IMG/VR virus record: IMGVR_UViG_3300010392_000400
Coordinates: 5,629-69,628 of that record
Length of the DNA: 64,000 nucleotides
Direction: 5' to 3' (one strand)
Source of the DNA: a virus
A model generated the notes under the pieces. That model was given only the letters and a program-made list of their open reading frames with translations. It was not told the DNA's origin and searched no databases. Shown here piece by piece: positions 37,457 to 48,400 of this stretch (position 1 is the first letter of the stretch; each line of letters opens with the position of its first letter). The position numbers and the translations under genes are program-made.

Positions 37457-38246
37457 AACTGGACTCGTCATTGGAGATGCCCACGCTACGCCCTCGATTT
37501 CCAATAGGAGATTTGATTGGCTTGGTAACGCTATCCTCGAAGAAAAGCCTGACTTCATCATCAACATAGGAGACTTTGAAGACTTTGAGTCCCTTTGTTC
37601 TTACGACAGAGGTACCAAGTCCTTCGAAGGCAGACGCCTTAAAGAAGACTACGAGTGTGCTAACGATGCGGGAAGACGCGCCTTCGGACCCATAGATCGC
37701 TATAACAAGCGAAGGGTTTCCAATAAGAAACGTAAGTACACCCCTGACCTCTACCACCTTGGGGGTAACCATGCTGAAGCACGTATCAAAAAGATGCTTC
37801 AGAACCACCCAGAGTACGAAGGCATCTTCGGGGTCGAAGACGGGGAAATCAACCTGTCCTACATGAAAAGGGCTGGGGGGCAATACGTACCGTTCCTGGA
37901 AACCCTTACGTACGAGGGTATTCAGTTCTCCCACTACTTCTACAAGACTATGCAAAGCTACTCCCCGCCTTCCGTAGTAGCCATGCTCAACATCACTCGT
38001 AGTAGTGCTGTCATGGGGCACAACCACTTAAGGGGCTTCGAGGAGGTTGTCCAACCTAATGGCCAGAGAGCCTGTGGAGCCTTTGCTGGGTGCTTCTTAG
38101 ACCACGAGCTCAAATGTGATAACTTCAATTACGCAGGTCCCCAGAAGAAATGGTGGTCTGGGCTCCTTTGGCTCCACGATGTACAGGACGGGTACTTCGA
38201 TCCCCAGTTTATGAAGATGAGCAAGGTAAAGGAGTTGTATTCCTAG
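37443..38246 (+). CDS. Calcineurin-like metallophosphoesterase
   Basis: IGDAH, IGDFED, GGNH, FSHY, MGHNH; AAGGAG RBS before TTG 37443. Confidence 0.88.
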   Translation: MSTTKTGLVIGDAHATPSISNRRFDWLGNAILEEKPDFIINIGDFEDFESLCSYDRGTKSFEGRRLKEDYECANDAGRRAFGPIDRYNKRRVSNKKRKYTPDLYHLGGNHAEARIKKMLQNHPEYEGIFGVEDGEINLSYMKRAGGQYVPFLETLTYEGIQFSHYFYKTMQSYSPPSVVAMLNITRSSAVMGHNHLRGFEEVVQPNGQRACGAFAGCFLDHELKCDNFNYAGPQKKWWSGLLWLHDVQDGYFDPQFMKMSKVKELYS

Positions 38247-38263
38247 GGTTCCTAGGGTATACT
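38235..38263 (+). promoter_or_regulatory. Promoter resembling the terL promoter
   Basis: TTGTAT-N17(tcctagggttcctaggg)-TATACT. Confidence 0.6.
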
Positions 38264-38289
38264 TGGGAGCATGGAGGCCCTAAGATAGT

Positions 38290-39144
38290 ATGTCAGTAGT
38301 TAAACGAAGACGACCAAAGAAAAACAGACGTAAACAAGAATCCCACAGTGACCGTATGGCTGACTGGGAAAGGCGTAGTGAGCCTCGGCGTATCCAAGAA
38401 GCCCTTGTAGCAGGTAGTATCTACGGCTCTGTCACACCCTCTAACGGTGTACGCTTAGACGAAAACGTAGGTGATACTGAGTACAACAAAGGTGTCATAG
38501 ATGAGATACGCAGGCTTAGAACCGAGCGTTCCGAGAGAGCAAGACGAAGAGGACGAAGTTACCAAGAAGGTGGCCCAGTCTCTAACGCAGATCGTTACCA
38601 CGCCCGTAAAACAAGGGCTGGCGAGGCCCCTGATAGTCCAATGACAGACAGAGACCTTGTCATGCTCCTTCGTAGAGAGGCTAGTCGCAATCCAGAGAGT
38701 CCTCGTCCTAGTGTTCCTAGACACCAACGTAGAATGGCGCAGGAAGAGCGAAGCCCTATCCCCATCATACCCAATTCCTCAGGTACTGGAAGGTCTACTT
38801 CGTACCCCAACCCAAGACAACCTACTAGAACCCCCGTTGAGCCTCGCCCATCCCCCACCCCTAGGGGACACTTTAGACCGCGTGTCAGGGACCACGCAGA
38901 CTCAGTATCACAACAGATGCGCCGTAACCTCAGGTCCTTTGACAGGGACCACTTGGCAGACAGCGCCCAGGAATGGCTAAGTCGCCCAGACCTGAGTGAC
39001 GCAGAACGCAGGTACTATGAAGACCTTCTGCGTAGAACTCGCCCCCTCCCTAAGACGTACCCCAACGGGAACACGGGTGGCGGAGGTGGCTATAAGAACG
39101 GTGGTCGCGTTAGAAAGCTCATGAGAGAGCGGAAAGGACACTAA
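38290..39144 (+). CDS. Arg/Pro-rich protein with two YxxGGxV tags
   Basis: GGAGG RBS; YQEGGPV (38560-38580) and YKNGGRV (39091-39111). Confidence 0.7.
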   Translation: MSVVKRRRPKKNRRKQESHSDRMADWERRSEPRRIQEALVAGSIYGSVTPSNGVRLDENVGDTEYNKGVIDEIRRLRTERSERARRRGRSYQEGGPVSNADRYHARKTRAGEAPDSPMTDRDLVMLLRREASRNPESPRPSVPRHQRRMAQEERSPIPIIPNSSGTGRSTSYPNPRQPTRTPVEPRPSPTPRGHFRPRVRDHADSVSQQMRRNLRSFDRDHLADSAQEWLSRPDLSDAERRYYEDLLRRTRPLPKTYPNGNTGGGGGYKNGGRVRKLMRERKGH

Positions 39145-39152
39145 GAAGGCCT

Positions 39153-39305
39153 ATGTCGTACGTAGAAGAAATCAATGAGTGGCTTAGGGACTCTATCCGA
39201 CAAGATGCTATTGATGCTGGGGTTGACTCTGAAGCATACCTTTGGATTGTCGAAGCCCTTGCTGAGAAAATAAGGGAACAGTGGAAGAGACCCTCGGATG
39301 CCTGA
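39153..39305 (+). CDS. Small hypothetical protein, 50 aa (not in ORF track)
   Basis: MSYVEEINEWLRD...; overlaps lysozyme start. Confidence 0.5.
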   Translation: MSYVEEINEWLRDSIRQDAIDAGVDSEAYLWIVEALAEKIREQWKRPSDA

Positions 39306-39894
39306 TAACTTTTGTAAACCTTTAGAAACAAGGGAAAGTGCTGTGAAATACCCGTATGAGTGGGCTCCGTTTATCGAAGCTCTCAAGGAAGTAGAGAACG
39401 CAGGGAAAACTGGGTACGATACTCACACTAAAACGTGGATGCCCCATCAGTCCCCCGAAGGTGGTCTACCTACCCTAGGGTACGGACACAAGTTGAAACA
39501 GAGAGATATAGATAATGGAGATTTGGTCATTACTGGAGCTCGCTATCCCATCTGGGGTTTGCCTGATGATATTGTTACTACTCTTCTCATTGAAGATGTA
39601 AAGAAGTCCTACGCTACTGCTATGGGGGAATGGAACGTACTAAGTGTCTCCCCAAGTACTCTTTTAGACCTGAAGTATCGCTCCGTTCTAGCTGCCATCG
39701 TATTTAACGCAGGAACCCTTCGGAACTCCAAGGGAACCTTGGGGTGGCCCAAGCTATTCGAAGCTATCAAAAAGCAAGATGATGCCGAGGTCCGAGAGCA
39801 GATGCTTACCTCGTACACCATGCCCAACGGAATCAAGGTCAAGTTAACGAAACGCAGGGATATCCTTGCGGATGCCATAGGACTCAAAGAATGA
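39298..39894 (+). CDS. Lysozyme-family endolysin
   Basis: ALKEVEN, SPEGGLPTLGYGHKL, LLIEDV, IVFNAG, LTKRR. Confidence 0.8.
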   Translation: MPDNFCKPLETRESAVKYPYEWAPFIEALKEVENAGKTGYDTHTKTWMPHQSPEGGLPTLGYGHKLKQRDIDNGDLVITGARYPIWGLPDDIVTTLLIEDVKKSYATAMGEWNVLSVSPSTLLDLKYRSVLAAIVFNAGTLRNSKGTLGWPKLFEAIKKQDDAEVREQMLTSYTMPNGIKVKLTKRRDILADAIGLKE

Positions 39895-40250
39895 GGGTCC
39901 TAGTGTGCGGTGGAAGGGACTTCTCTAATCGGAGGGGTCTCTTCGAAGTCTTGGACAAGCAACATCGCTTCAAGGAAATTACAGAGATTGTCGAAGGAGA
40001 CGCCCGAGGGGCTGACCGTATGGCAGGGGAGTGGGCAAAAGAAAACGGAGTTAAGCTCACAGCGGTACCCGCTAAGTGGGACATCCACGGCAAGAAAGCG
40101 GGATTCCTACGGAACGTAGAGATGGCTGATCTTAACCCCGACCTTTGCTTAGCCTTTGAGGGCGGTGTAGGGACTGAGATGATGCTTCGTATTTGTTCAG
40201 AGAGAGGCATCAAACACGTACACCTTAGAAAGGAAACTAGCGATGCTTAA
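39891..40250 (+). CDS. DUF2493 / YspA-related SLOG protein
   Basis: MRVLVCGGRDF, GDARGAD, GKKAGFLRN, GGVGTEMM. Confidence 0.88.
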   Translation: MRVLVCGGRDFSNRRGLFEVLDKQHRFKEITEIVEGDARGADRMAGEWAKENGVKLTAVPAKWDIHGKKAGFLRNVEMADLNPDLCLAFEGGVGTEMMLRICSERGIKHVHLRKETSDA

Positions 40251-40413
40251 CAAATACAGTATAACGAAGAACGGAAAACACTTCGAAGGCCCTCACAAAA
40301 GTGCTGAGAAAACGAAGAAACACCTCGAAAGACTCAAAAAAGAGTCCCCTAAGGACTCTTGGGATATCCAAGTTCTCGTAGACAGAGGTAGTGGAATCAA
40401 GGATTCTTCCTAG
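40243..40413 (+). CDS. Small basic hypothetical protein, 56 aa (not in ORF track)
   Basis: AAAGGA RBS; MLNKYSITKNGKHFEGP... Confidence 0.55.
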   Translation: MLNKYSITKNGKHFEGPHKSAEKTKKHLERLKKESPKDSWDIQVLVDRGSGIKDSS

Positions 40414-40706
40414 TCATTCTGGGTATGTGGAGAAAGCATAGGTTCCCTGTTGCAATGCAGCATTCTCGGTGTTACATTGAGCTTAGAAAGGAACCAAACC
40501 CCATGTTTTACCGAGTTTTCGACGTACTGTGTACAGCAACCCTGTTGTTCTACACATCCTTTGTAGTGTACTACCTAGTAAATACCCTCTAAAAGAGAAT
40601 ACCCTCTGGGAGGCTCTCAGACGCCTCAGGAGAGCCGAAAGGACCCCTAGGCTCTAAGTGACCCTAAAGGTCCCTAAGGGCCTCCTCTGTACCCCCTAGG
40701 GGCTAC

Positions 40707-41180
40707 TTAGGAACGATCCCCCGTAACAGTGTTGATAACTGTGTCATCTTGCCTCTGGGAGAACACAGCTTCTGCGATCTTCTCCCCGGAACGGCCCATG
40801 ACGTACCCGCCTAGCCCAACAGTGACAAGGGTAAAGAACGCTTGCTCTATCTGAGGGTCTGCCGCTGGCACCAAGATTTCCAAGGGAATCCCCGCCCCAA
40901 AGAGCGTAGAGAACCCCGCTATTAGAGGGGCTACGAACCACCTCCACATGATAACCGATAGGAACGAGAGCATGGTTATAGGACGCCAGGACCTTGTGAT
41001 CCAAGATTGGCTCTTTGCTTCCGTCGTAACGACCTCTGCTTGGGCGCGGACAAGAGCAGCTTCGTGCTCCAGTACGGTGGCCCGTAGAGCGTTCCTTAGT
41101 TCGTCTCTTTTGTTTTGGTCTGGGATAACACGTTCAATAACTGTGTCAGCCAAACCTAAGATTGTACCTAGTAATGCCAT
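40707..41180 (-). CDS. Holin of GTA 3TM family
   Basis: IERVIPD, EAKSQSWITRSWRP, GLGGYVMGRSGEK. Confidence 0.85.
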   Translation of the reverse strand: MALLGTILGLADTVIERVIPDQNKRDELRNALRATVLEHEAALVRAQAEVVTTEAKSQSWITRSWRPITMLSFLSVIMWRWFVAPLIAGFSTLFGAGIPLEILVPAADPQIEQAFFTLVTVGLGGYVMGRSGEKIAEAVFSQRQDDTVINTVTGDRS

Positions 41181-41192
41181 AATGCTTTCTCC

Positions 41193-42182
41193 TTAGTCTC
41201 TACTATAGCCCTTTAGCCAGTCTCGCGCAGCTTCCTCTAGCATCCACTGTCTTAGTCTGTCATCTGATCGGAACTCGTCGTAGTACTCCGGAGGTGGTAC
41301 CCAGCTTTCTTCTTCGTAAAACCTAGGGTTCTCATCAGCCCAGCTCCTAGACTCTGAATCTCCTCTGCGGTAGAATTCTTCCACAAACTCGGGGTCTTCT
41401 CCCCTTAAGTCAGCTTGGTCTCCTGAGATGTTATAGATAGCAGCGTGACCAGGAGAGTCTATCTTAAACCAGTAAGGTATTTCATTGTAGTCGTAGCCCT
41501 CAGCAAGTTCTCCACTTCCAAAGTCATTTCCTCTGTACTCGTTAGGTGGGATGATCCTGTCACCAGTCCGCTCCCCCCGTATGTCCTCAGCTCTCCTAGT
41601 TAACCCCTCGTGTCCTCTGTGTCTATTCTCGTGGGCAAGGACATCGTTAAGGCTTCCAGAGCCCCAAGCTTCTCTGTCTAACCTGTGAGAATTCTCTGGG
41701 TCCCAGTACTCAGTGTTAACGCCGATACCGTGAGGAGGAACCCCCCACGGGTTAGTCCCAATGTCTCGGGCATTATAGATACCGCGTAGGTCTCTACCCG
41801 GAGAAGTATCTTGGAATAGGGTAAAATCTTCCATAGGTTTCTCGTGGAGGAGGTACCCCATTAAACCTAAGGGGTCCCTTTCGTCTAGGCGATTCTGACT
41901 TTCGAAGGAGTCTGCCACCCGAGGGTCCATCATAGGACGGTCCCTACCGGGGTCATCTCTTAGACCTTGTTCCAAAGAACGGCGGTAGTCCATCTCCCTT
42001 AGGGCTTCTCCGTAAGGGTCACTTTCAAATTCACCTTGGACAATACGATAGGCTTCTTCTCTACCTACTTGGTCTCGTAGGGTTTGAAATCTACGCTGGA
42101 CCTCTGGGTCACTCCAGTAGTCTAACTCCTCCTCAGAGAGAGTGCTTCCGTACATCCATTCTGTTTCACTAGGTGATGGCAT
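41193..42182 (-). CDS. Acidic protein with HExxH metallopeptidase-like motif
   Basis: VLAHENRHRG, upstream LRGIY strand; likely start ATG 42182. Confidence 0.6.
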   Translation of the reverse strand: MPSPSETEWMYGSTLSEEELDYWSDPEVQRRFQTLRDQVGREEAYRIVQGEFESDPYGEALREMDYRRSLEQGLRDDPGRDRPMMDPRVADSFESQNRLDERDPLGLMGYLLHEKPMEDFTLFQDTSPGRDLRGIYNARDIGTNPWGVPPHGIGVNTEYWDPENSHRLDREAWGSGSLNDVLAHENRHRGHEGLTRRAEDIRGERTGDRIIPPNEYRGNDFGSGELAEGYDYNEIPYWFKIDSPGHAAIYNISGDQADLRGEDPEFVEEFYRRGDSESRSWADENPRFYEEESWVPPPEYYDEFRSDDRLRQWMLEEAARDWLKGYSRD

Positions 42183-42186
42183 ACGA

Positions 42187-42498
42187 TTACCCTCCGCTAC
42201 CCCCAAAGAGCTTGAACCAGGCTGTGAGAGCACTCCAGATAGCGAGGATACCCCCGCCTAACCAGAAGATTCCCTTCAAGGCTCCTTTTCCCCAGGTCAT
42301 TTCCTTTGTTAGCTCCTTAGCCAACTTTTGGTTTTCTTCGATCATCTTTTCGTGTTTATCAAGACGGGCTTCAAAGTGTTTTGCTTGCATACGCGACTCT
42401 GTACGGTGCTCCCTAATCTCTATGAGGAGTTTTATCTCCATAGGAAGGTCTTCAACTGTCCCGAGTAAAAGGTCTTTATCGTCGTTGTTATCTATCAT
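42187..42498 (-). CDS. Coiled-coil protein with C-terminal TM helix
   Basis: ...WGKGALKGIFWLGGGILAIW. Confidence 0.65.
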   Translation of the reverse strand: MIDNNDDKDLLLGTVEDLPMEIKLLIEIREHRTESRMQAKHFEARLDKHEKMIEENQKLAKELTKEMTWGKGALKGIFWLGGGILAIWSALTAWFKLFGGSGG

Positions 42499-45400
42499 TC
42501 GTCTTCCAATTGAAATTCATTTTCACCCCAACGCGACCCTTCAGGGGCATCAAATTCGGGTTGTCTCGTGCCAGGACGTTCACCTTCTGTAAAGGCACCT
42601 GGATCAACTCTTTGTGTAATTTCCCTCGCCACTTGGCGTCGGATGCTTGTCATCAGTCTCGGAGGTGGCACAGTGTTATGGGCTGCCATAGACACGTAGA
42701 AGTCAAATATTCTGTCGTTGAACGCGTCAGTAAGCTCCGCAGTCCTTTCCACATTCCCTGCTTCTTGGCTGTAGTGGATATTTACCCCGATTTCCGTTAG
42801 GTCACGATAGAGAGCCCTTCGTGCAGGTACGATGTACTGTTCTTCCAGTGAGCGCCACGTATACGAATTCAGGTTTCTCTCGGACACAGACAGAGGCTGG
42901 ATGCCAAGGGCACGTAGAGCAACCTCGTCAAACCGGATTTCCTCCGGTCCTACATATTGTACACCACGAGTGGTTTCTACGCCAGAAGAGGCCCAATCCA
43001 AGGAACGGAAGATGTTCTGTGCTGCTACGGGGGCTAGCCTGTCAAAGCGCCCTGCCCCTGTGTCCGCCAAGAGACGTCCCGGAATACCTGTGATCCGTTG
43101 CTGAGCGTAAGAGGAGTCTGGGTTGGCCATAAAGGAAACCGCGTTCTCAAAGGGAAGCGGGATACCAATACGACGACTCATGTCCATGTTCATAGATGCC
43201 AGAGACCCGTTAGTCAGGATACGCGCTACCTCAGGCTCTAGTCCAAGCTCTTGTGTAAGGTACCAATTCAGTCTTTCGTCAGCGTTGACAATTCTTCGTT
43301 TGTCTTTAGGCACCAAGTATTGCATGATGAACTCAAAGAGCTCTTTGTAAGTCTCAGCCCCAGGGAATCCGTTGATCCCGGCGAACACGAAGAACATAGT
43401 CATTGCCAAAGCAAACGTCTGCTTACCTTGAACCCCAGTGTGGAAAGCGGAGTTACCCAGGAATTCCAGGACAGTAAGAGGATAGGTCATGAATGGGAAT
43501 ATGATAGACCCAGCCCACCCTCTTTGGATAGCGCCACGGCCTGTCTTGTCGTAGACCCCGTGTGTGTCTTGTACCATTTGTACTGCGATGGGACCTAGAA
43601 CCCTAAGGTCTGATGCATCGGTGATCTTTCTGTTCTCTAAGATAGTCCCAATGAGAGCGTTATCTTTGTTGGACGTCAGGTAGCTGTTGATCGCATCTGT
43701 GTTCACAGTACCGTCGTTACTCACCATGAGATCAAGGTACGACAGGAACGCAGACAGACGAGTGTACCGTTCCGCCATGTGAAGGGGGAACCCGGCAAAC
43801 ATAAGGGTCTTGTCCTTGAACCTACCAAGGGCACTCTGGACCTTTCCTTGGTACTGGTCGTGGACACTTTGGAGCCGCCCACGGGTAAAGGACTCTTCCA
43901 TAATGGACTGCTGAAGGTGTACCATGTTGTTCTGGGTAACACCCATAATCGTTTCTACCTTCTCCTTAGGGAAGTGCTTACGAAGGGTTTTTCTCAGGCT
44001 TGCTTCAGAATACCTGAGTTCAATCGTACGTCCTTTAATATCAGTGTTGTTTCTTCCAGCTTCTACTTCCGCTGTATGTATAATCTCTGCTGCTGCTGCA
44101 CTCATCTTAGCCATAGTCTTAGCGTTACCTAGTACGCTTGTGCGGAACGAAGAGAGACTAGGGTACACAACGGTTGGGATTGTGAATAAGTTAAGGAACG
44201 CTGTAGACAACTGGAAACCTAGAGCGTAGAAGAAGTTCAACTGACGCATCAGGCTTAGGTCATTCGCAGGTTCTGTCATGTACTCCCATTGTTTCTTAAG
44301 GAACGCACGTTGTTCCTCTGGGAAGTGTTCGTTAATAGTATCCGTAGATAAATCTCTTGTAGTGTTATTCAGAATATCTCCGTACCTTTTGAACACGTCG
44401 GCGTACCTGTCATTAGCAAGAACCCACGGTGCGTTGGACAAGTACTCACCTAAGACTGATACGTAATCTTGGCTATACCCACCGATATTCGTAGTCATAC
44501 GAACGTACGACATAAGAGACCCTTTGCGGCCCTCTGCAGACATTCTCTGGGACCTACGTGATCTAAGGTCCTTGATAACTTTTTGCATGTCTTTGGAGGA
44601 CAAATCAGTAGCCCGTAGTACGTGCCCCATATCTTCGATGGTAGCTTCGAACCCAAGTTCTGTTAGCTCGCCTCGTTTGATACTGGACCTATCTACAGGA
44701 GTAGTCTCTTCGTACTGTACGATGTTCAAGTCAGGGTAGTGAGCTTGGTAAAGCTGTACCATATCCTTCTGCACTCGGGCGCGGGCAGCAGCAAGGCCTT
44801 CAACTGAAGGTTTGTTCTTCTTGTTCACAGGTATCTCTACGACCATCTTAAGGTACTTGTCCCCACGAGGTCCTGCGTCAGGGTTCAGGACACGTATTCC
44901 TTTGGAGTTCTTGAAGTAGAAAGCTTGGAACATAGTGTTCGGAGAACTTCTAAGGTGAGGGAAGTAAGGACGTGACGGGTCCAGGAGAACTTCGGAGAAT
45001 TCCAACGTGTTCGCGTAGACTTCTGCTCGGTCAACATTTTCTTGCAGCTTTGCCTTGGCAGGTGATTCCACTGTCATAGCACTTAGTTCTTCCGTAGCGT
45101 TCTCAATCCACTGGTAGACTTCCTTAGAGGTTGTTTCTACGTCGCCTAGGGTTCTACCATCTACGGAGATTCCTAGATCACTAATAGACTCCTGAGTCAT
45201 CACCTTGTACATCAAAGGCACTTTCTTAAGGGTCTTAGTCAGGTTATCCACCGCCGCTGTTTCTTCAGGTGTTAGGGCAAAGGTACGTAGCTCTCCTGAG
45301 CTTGGGTCCCAAGCCTTGTAAAGGAGTCTGTTGTCATCCGTACGGTTCTCCAAGGATTGTCCCGTAGCGTTCATGATGTCTAGTCTGTGGAGTGCTCTCT

Positions 45401-48400
45401 CCGTTTGTTTCACTTTCTCGGGGTTGTTAAAAGGCACCGCGTCAGCGAAGTCCGTTTGGAACTCCAACATGATTTTTTCAATGAGAGTGTTCCTAGAACG
45501 TACAGCGTCAACTAAGGTGGCTAGGGCAGGAAAGTCCTTAGCTTGTCTTTGAAGTGTTCTCCAGGACTTCTGAGATTTGAACATCGCGTCAAAGTTATTG
45601 GAACCTTGGAGAGCGACGGTGTTAGGATTAGCGGACATCTGATCTGACGCTATAAGGTCTACGACACCTCTGCCTTCTTTGTTCATACCCTCTGTAGTAT
45701 TTCTACGTACTTCACGTCTGATGCTGCTTTGGTAGTACTTATGCGAGGCCTCTTCAATACCTCTACGCACTTCGTAACTGTCCCAAGTGTTCCCAAGGAG
45801 ATTCTTTAGGTCACCGTTAGCGGCTCTGCTCATGGATGTCTGGGCTCTCATGAAATTAGGATAGAAAGCCTCACGTACTGCGTGAATGATAACTTTCTTA
45901 GTCATGTACTGGGAGAAGGCTTCTGATGTAATGACTTCTGAGAATTTGTTCTTGCCAAGGTCACGGACAAGGGAGCTTTGGACGTTGGCGTCCAGGTCCA
46001 TCAAAGAGTTCTTGATAGTCTTTGGGTTGATGTCGTACATCTTAGCGAGCTCTTGAGGCGACCAGAAGTCCATCTCACGAAGAACGTGAAACAAAGCAGT
46101 ACCATCGTTTACACTAAGGTTGTCCATGTTGTTCATGGCGTACGTAAGGGTAGTGACACGAGCTCTAGCATCTAGCGAAGTTTCAAACGCACGGATGTCT
46201 CTTTCCAAGTTATCTCGAAACTTCTTTAGACCTGGTCCTGCGAACGCTTGGTTTACAAGGGCGCTTGTGTTCCCCCTATAGTTGGAGAAGGACGGAGCGA
46301 TCTTAGCTTGCTGGAAGTTTGTCCAAGTGATGTCACTGAGACGGACGTCTTGGGCATCTACGCTATACAGGTTTGTATCAGGTGTAGCAAAGGCTTCTCC
46401 TATGCTGTCCAAGAGTTTCCCAGCTTTGATTTCATCGAGGACACTGTCTAGTTCTTTGTACGCCTTGTCCATTTCCTTGAGCTTAGCTCTAGGGACACGT
46501 CGCATTATTTCGCTAGGTACTCTCCAAGCAGATGAATTAAGGAGTGTTCTAGGGTCTACTCCAGATTCCTCTGCTTTCTTCACAAAATTGTCGTAGGCGC
46601 TTTGGGCTTTCCCTTTGATGTTGCCTAGGGAACTGGGGTGTATAGTAGGAGCGCCTTCTGGTTGAGCTTTTAGGGCATCTTCAATCTGAGCCAACACAGG
46701 GTTCTCCCGAGAGAGTATCTCACGGCTTTGGTCCTTACGAATCTGGTCCATGACAGTAGAGTACCTTTGTTGGTCTTGGTCCATCATAGCGTTAGCTTGT
46801 TTAGACAGACCACCTACGGCACTCTCAATATTCGTAGTGTCCATGTCTGTACGGTCTGGAGTCTTCTGTGTGTACCTTAGGTAGTTTGCTAATTCGTTGG
46901 AGACCCTCGGTGTCATCAAAGATAGTTGCTCTACCGAGAAGGGTCTAAAGGACACAGTCTGATCTGGATTGCCAGGGTCTCTCTGTGTGGCTTCGAACTC
47001 GCTAAGGAATTTTCTGTCTTGGTTGACTTGTTCGTTCCCTGTGTTGAAGACCTCACTAAGGGACATACCTCGGAAGTTATTCGCCCCGTATCCTGTGAGT
47101 TTCATGGTTCCCGCCGCCATAGCAATCTCTGCCAAGTTAATAGCTTCTTGGTCAGGAAGGGCAGCAATAGATTCTTCTGTCATAGCCCCTACTCCAACTT
47201 CGGGAGGAGTTACAGCAGTAAGAATTTCTGTTACCATATTCCCTGTCGTTCTAAGGTAAGCTCTGGCATCCTGAGGTGTCTGGAATACGTGACCTCTGAT
47301 ACGATTACGCTCTCTCGTAAAAGCTTCGTTCTTAGCGTTGTCAAGGACACTTGTTACTTCTCTGGTTGACAGGGGAAGGAACGTAGGTGTGTCGTCATAA
47401 AGGTCGTCTACAGAGACAACGTCGTTCTCTACGGCTTCTGTGGCTCTACTTTGGATGGCTCTAGAGGTAAGAGCAGGGTTAACATAGTGGTTTACCCCGG
47501 AGATACCACTACCTAGAGGACCTTCCATAAGGGCTCCACCAAGGGCGCTCCACGCGTACTCCTCAAGGGCGTCAGGACCTAGGACTTCAACTCCGGGAGC
47601 CGCAAGGCGTTCAAAGCCAGCTTGGAGTGTTTCCTCTGTAGCCCCGGTGCCAGCGCCTATGAAGAACTCCCTAGTCACTGTGGACAGAAGGCCTCTACGA
47701 GCTTCTTGGCTCATAGTTGTTTGCGCAGCTTCCCCAGTCATACGACTAGCAAGGTTTCTGAGGACAGGGTTAAGAAGACGAATGGGTACGATGGCTTGAC
47801 TAAGACCTTCTACCGCCGCAGCGGGTAGAGCGAGGCCCATAGTTTGTACTGCGTTGTAATCTGGGTCTTCTCCGTCTTGGGTTGTTTCCTCGTAGTTGCG
47901 GTTCATCATCTCAGACAGAATGAAGGGATACGAAGCTACTGTTGCTGTGGCTCCACCAGCGACCAAAGCTGCTGCGCCTTCCGCAGGAGCGGCGGCTCCA
48001 ACAGCAGCCCCAGCAGCTAAGATAGGAAAGGACCGTCCAAAGGTCTCCCTAAACCACAGAGTGAAGTCACCCCAGTTCTGTAGAAAGGACTCGTCGTCAA
48101 AGACATCCCGTAGGTCTGTCCACTCCCCACGCTCTTCCCTGCGTCTGTTGATTTCGTCGATAAGGTGAATACGATCTTCGTGCGTAGCATCATCTTGACC
48201 ACCTAGAGGCCCCCAGTTTGTATCAAAGGCATCACCTAGTTGTACACCGAGACGAGGAATATCATCTTGTATCCCTGAGATAAGACCACCAAAGAATCCA
48301 GGCTTCTTATCCCCTTCTTCCCAAGGGTGCCAAGGGTTAGGTCCTTGTGCACCTAGGATAGCTGCTCTGTGACGTTCCGTGCGTGTTTCCGCAGGACCTT

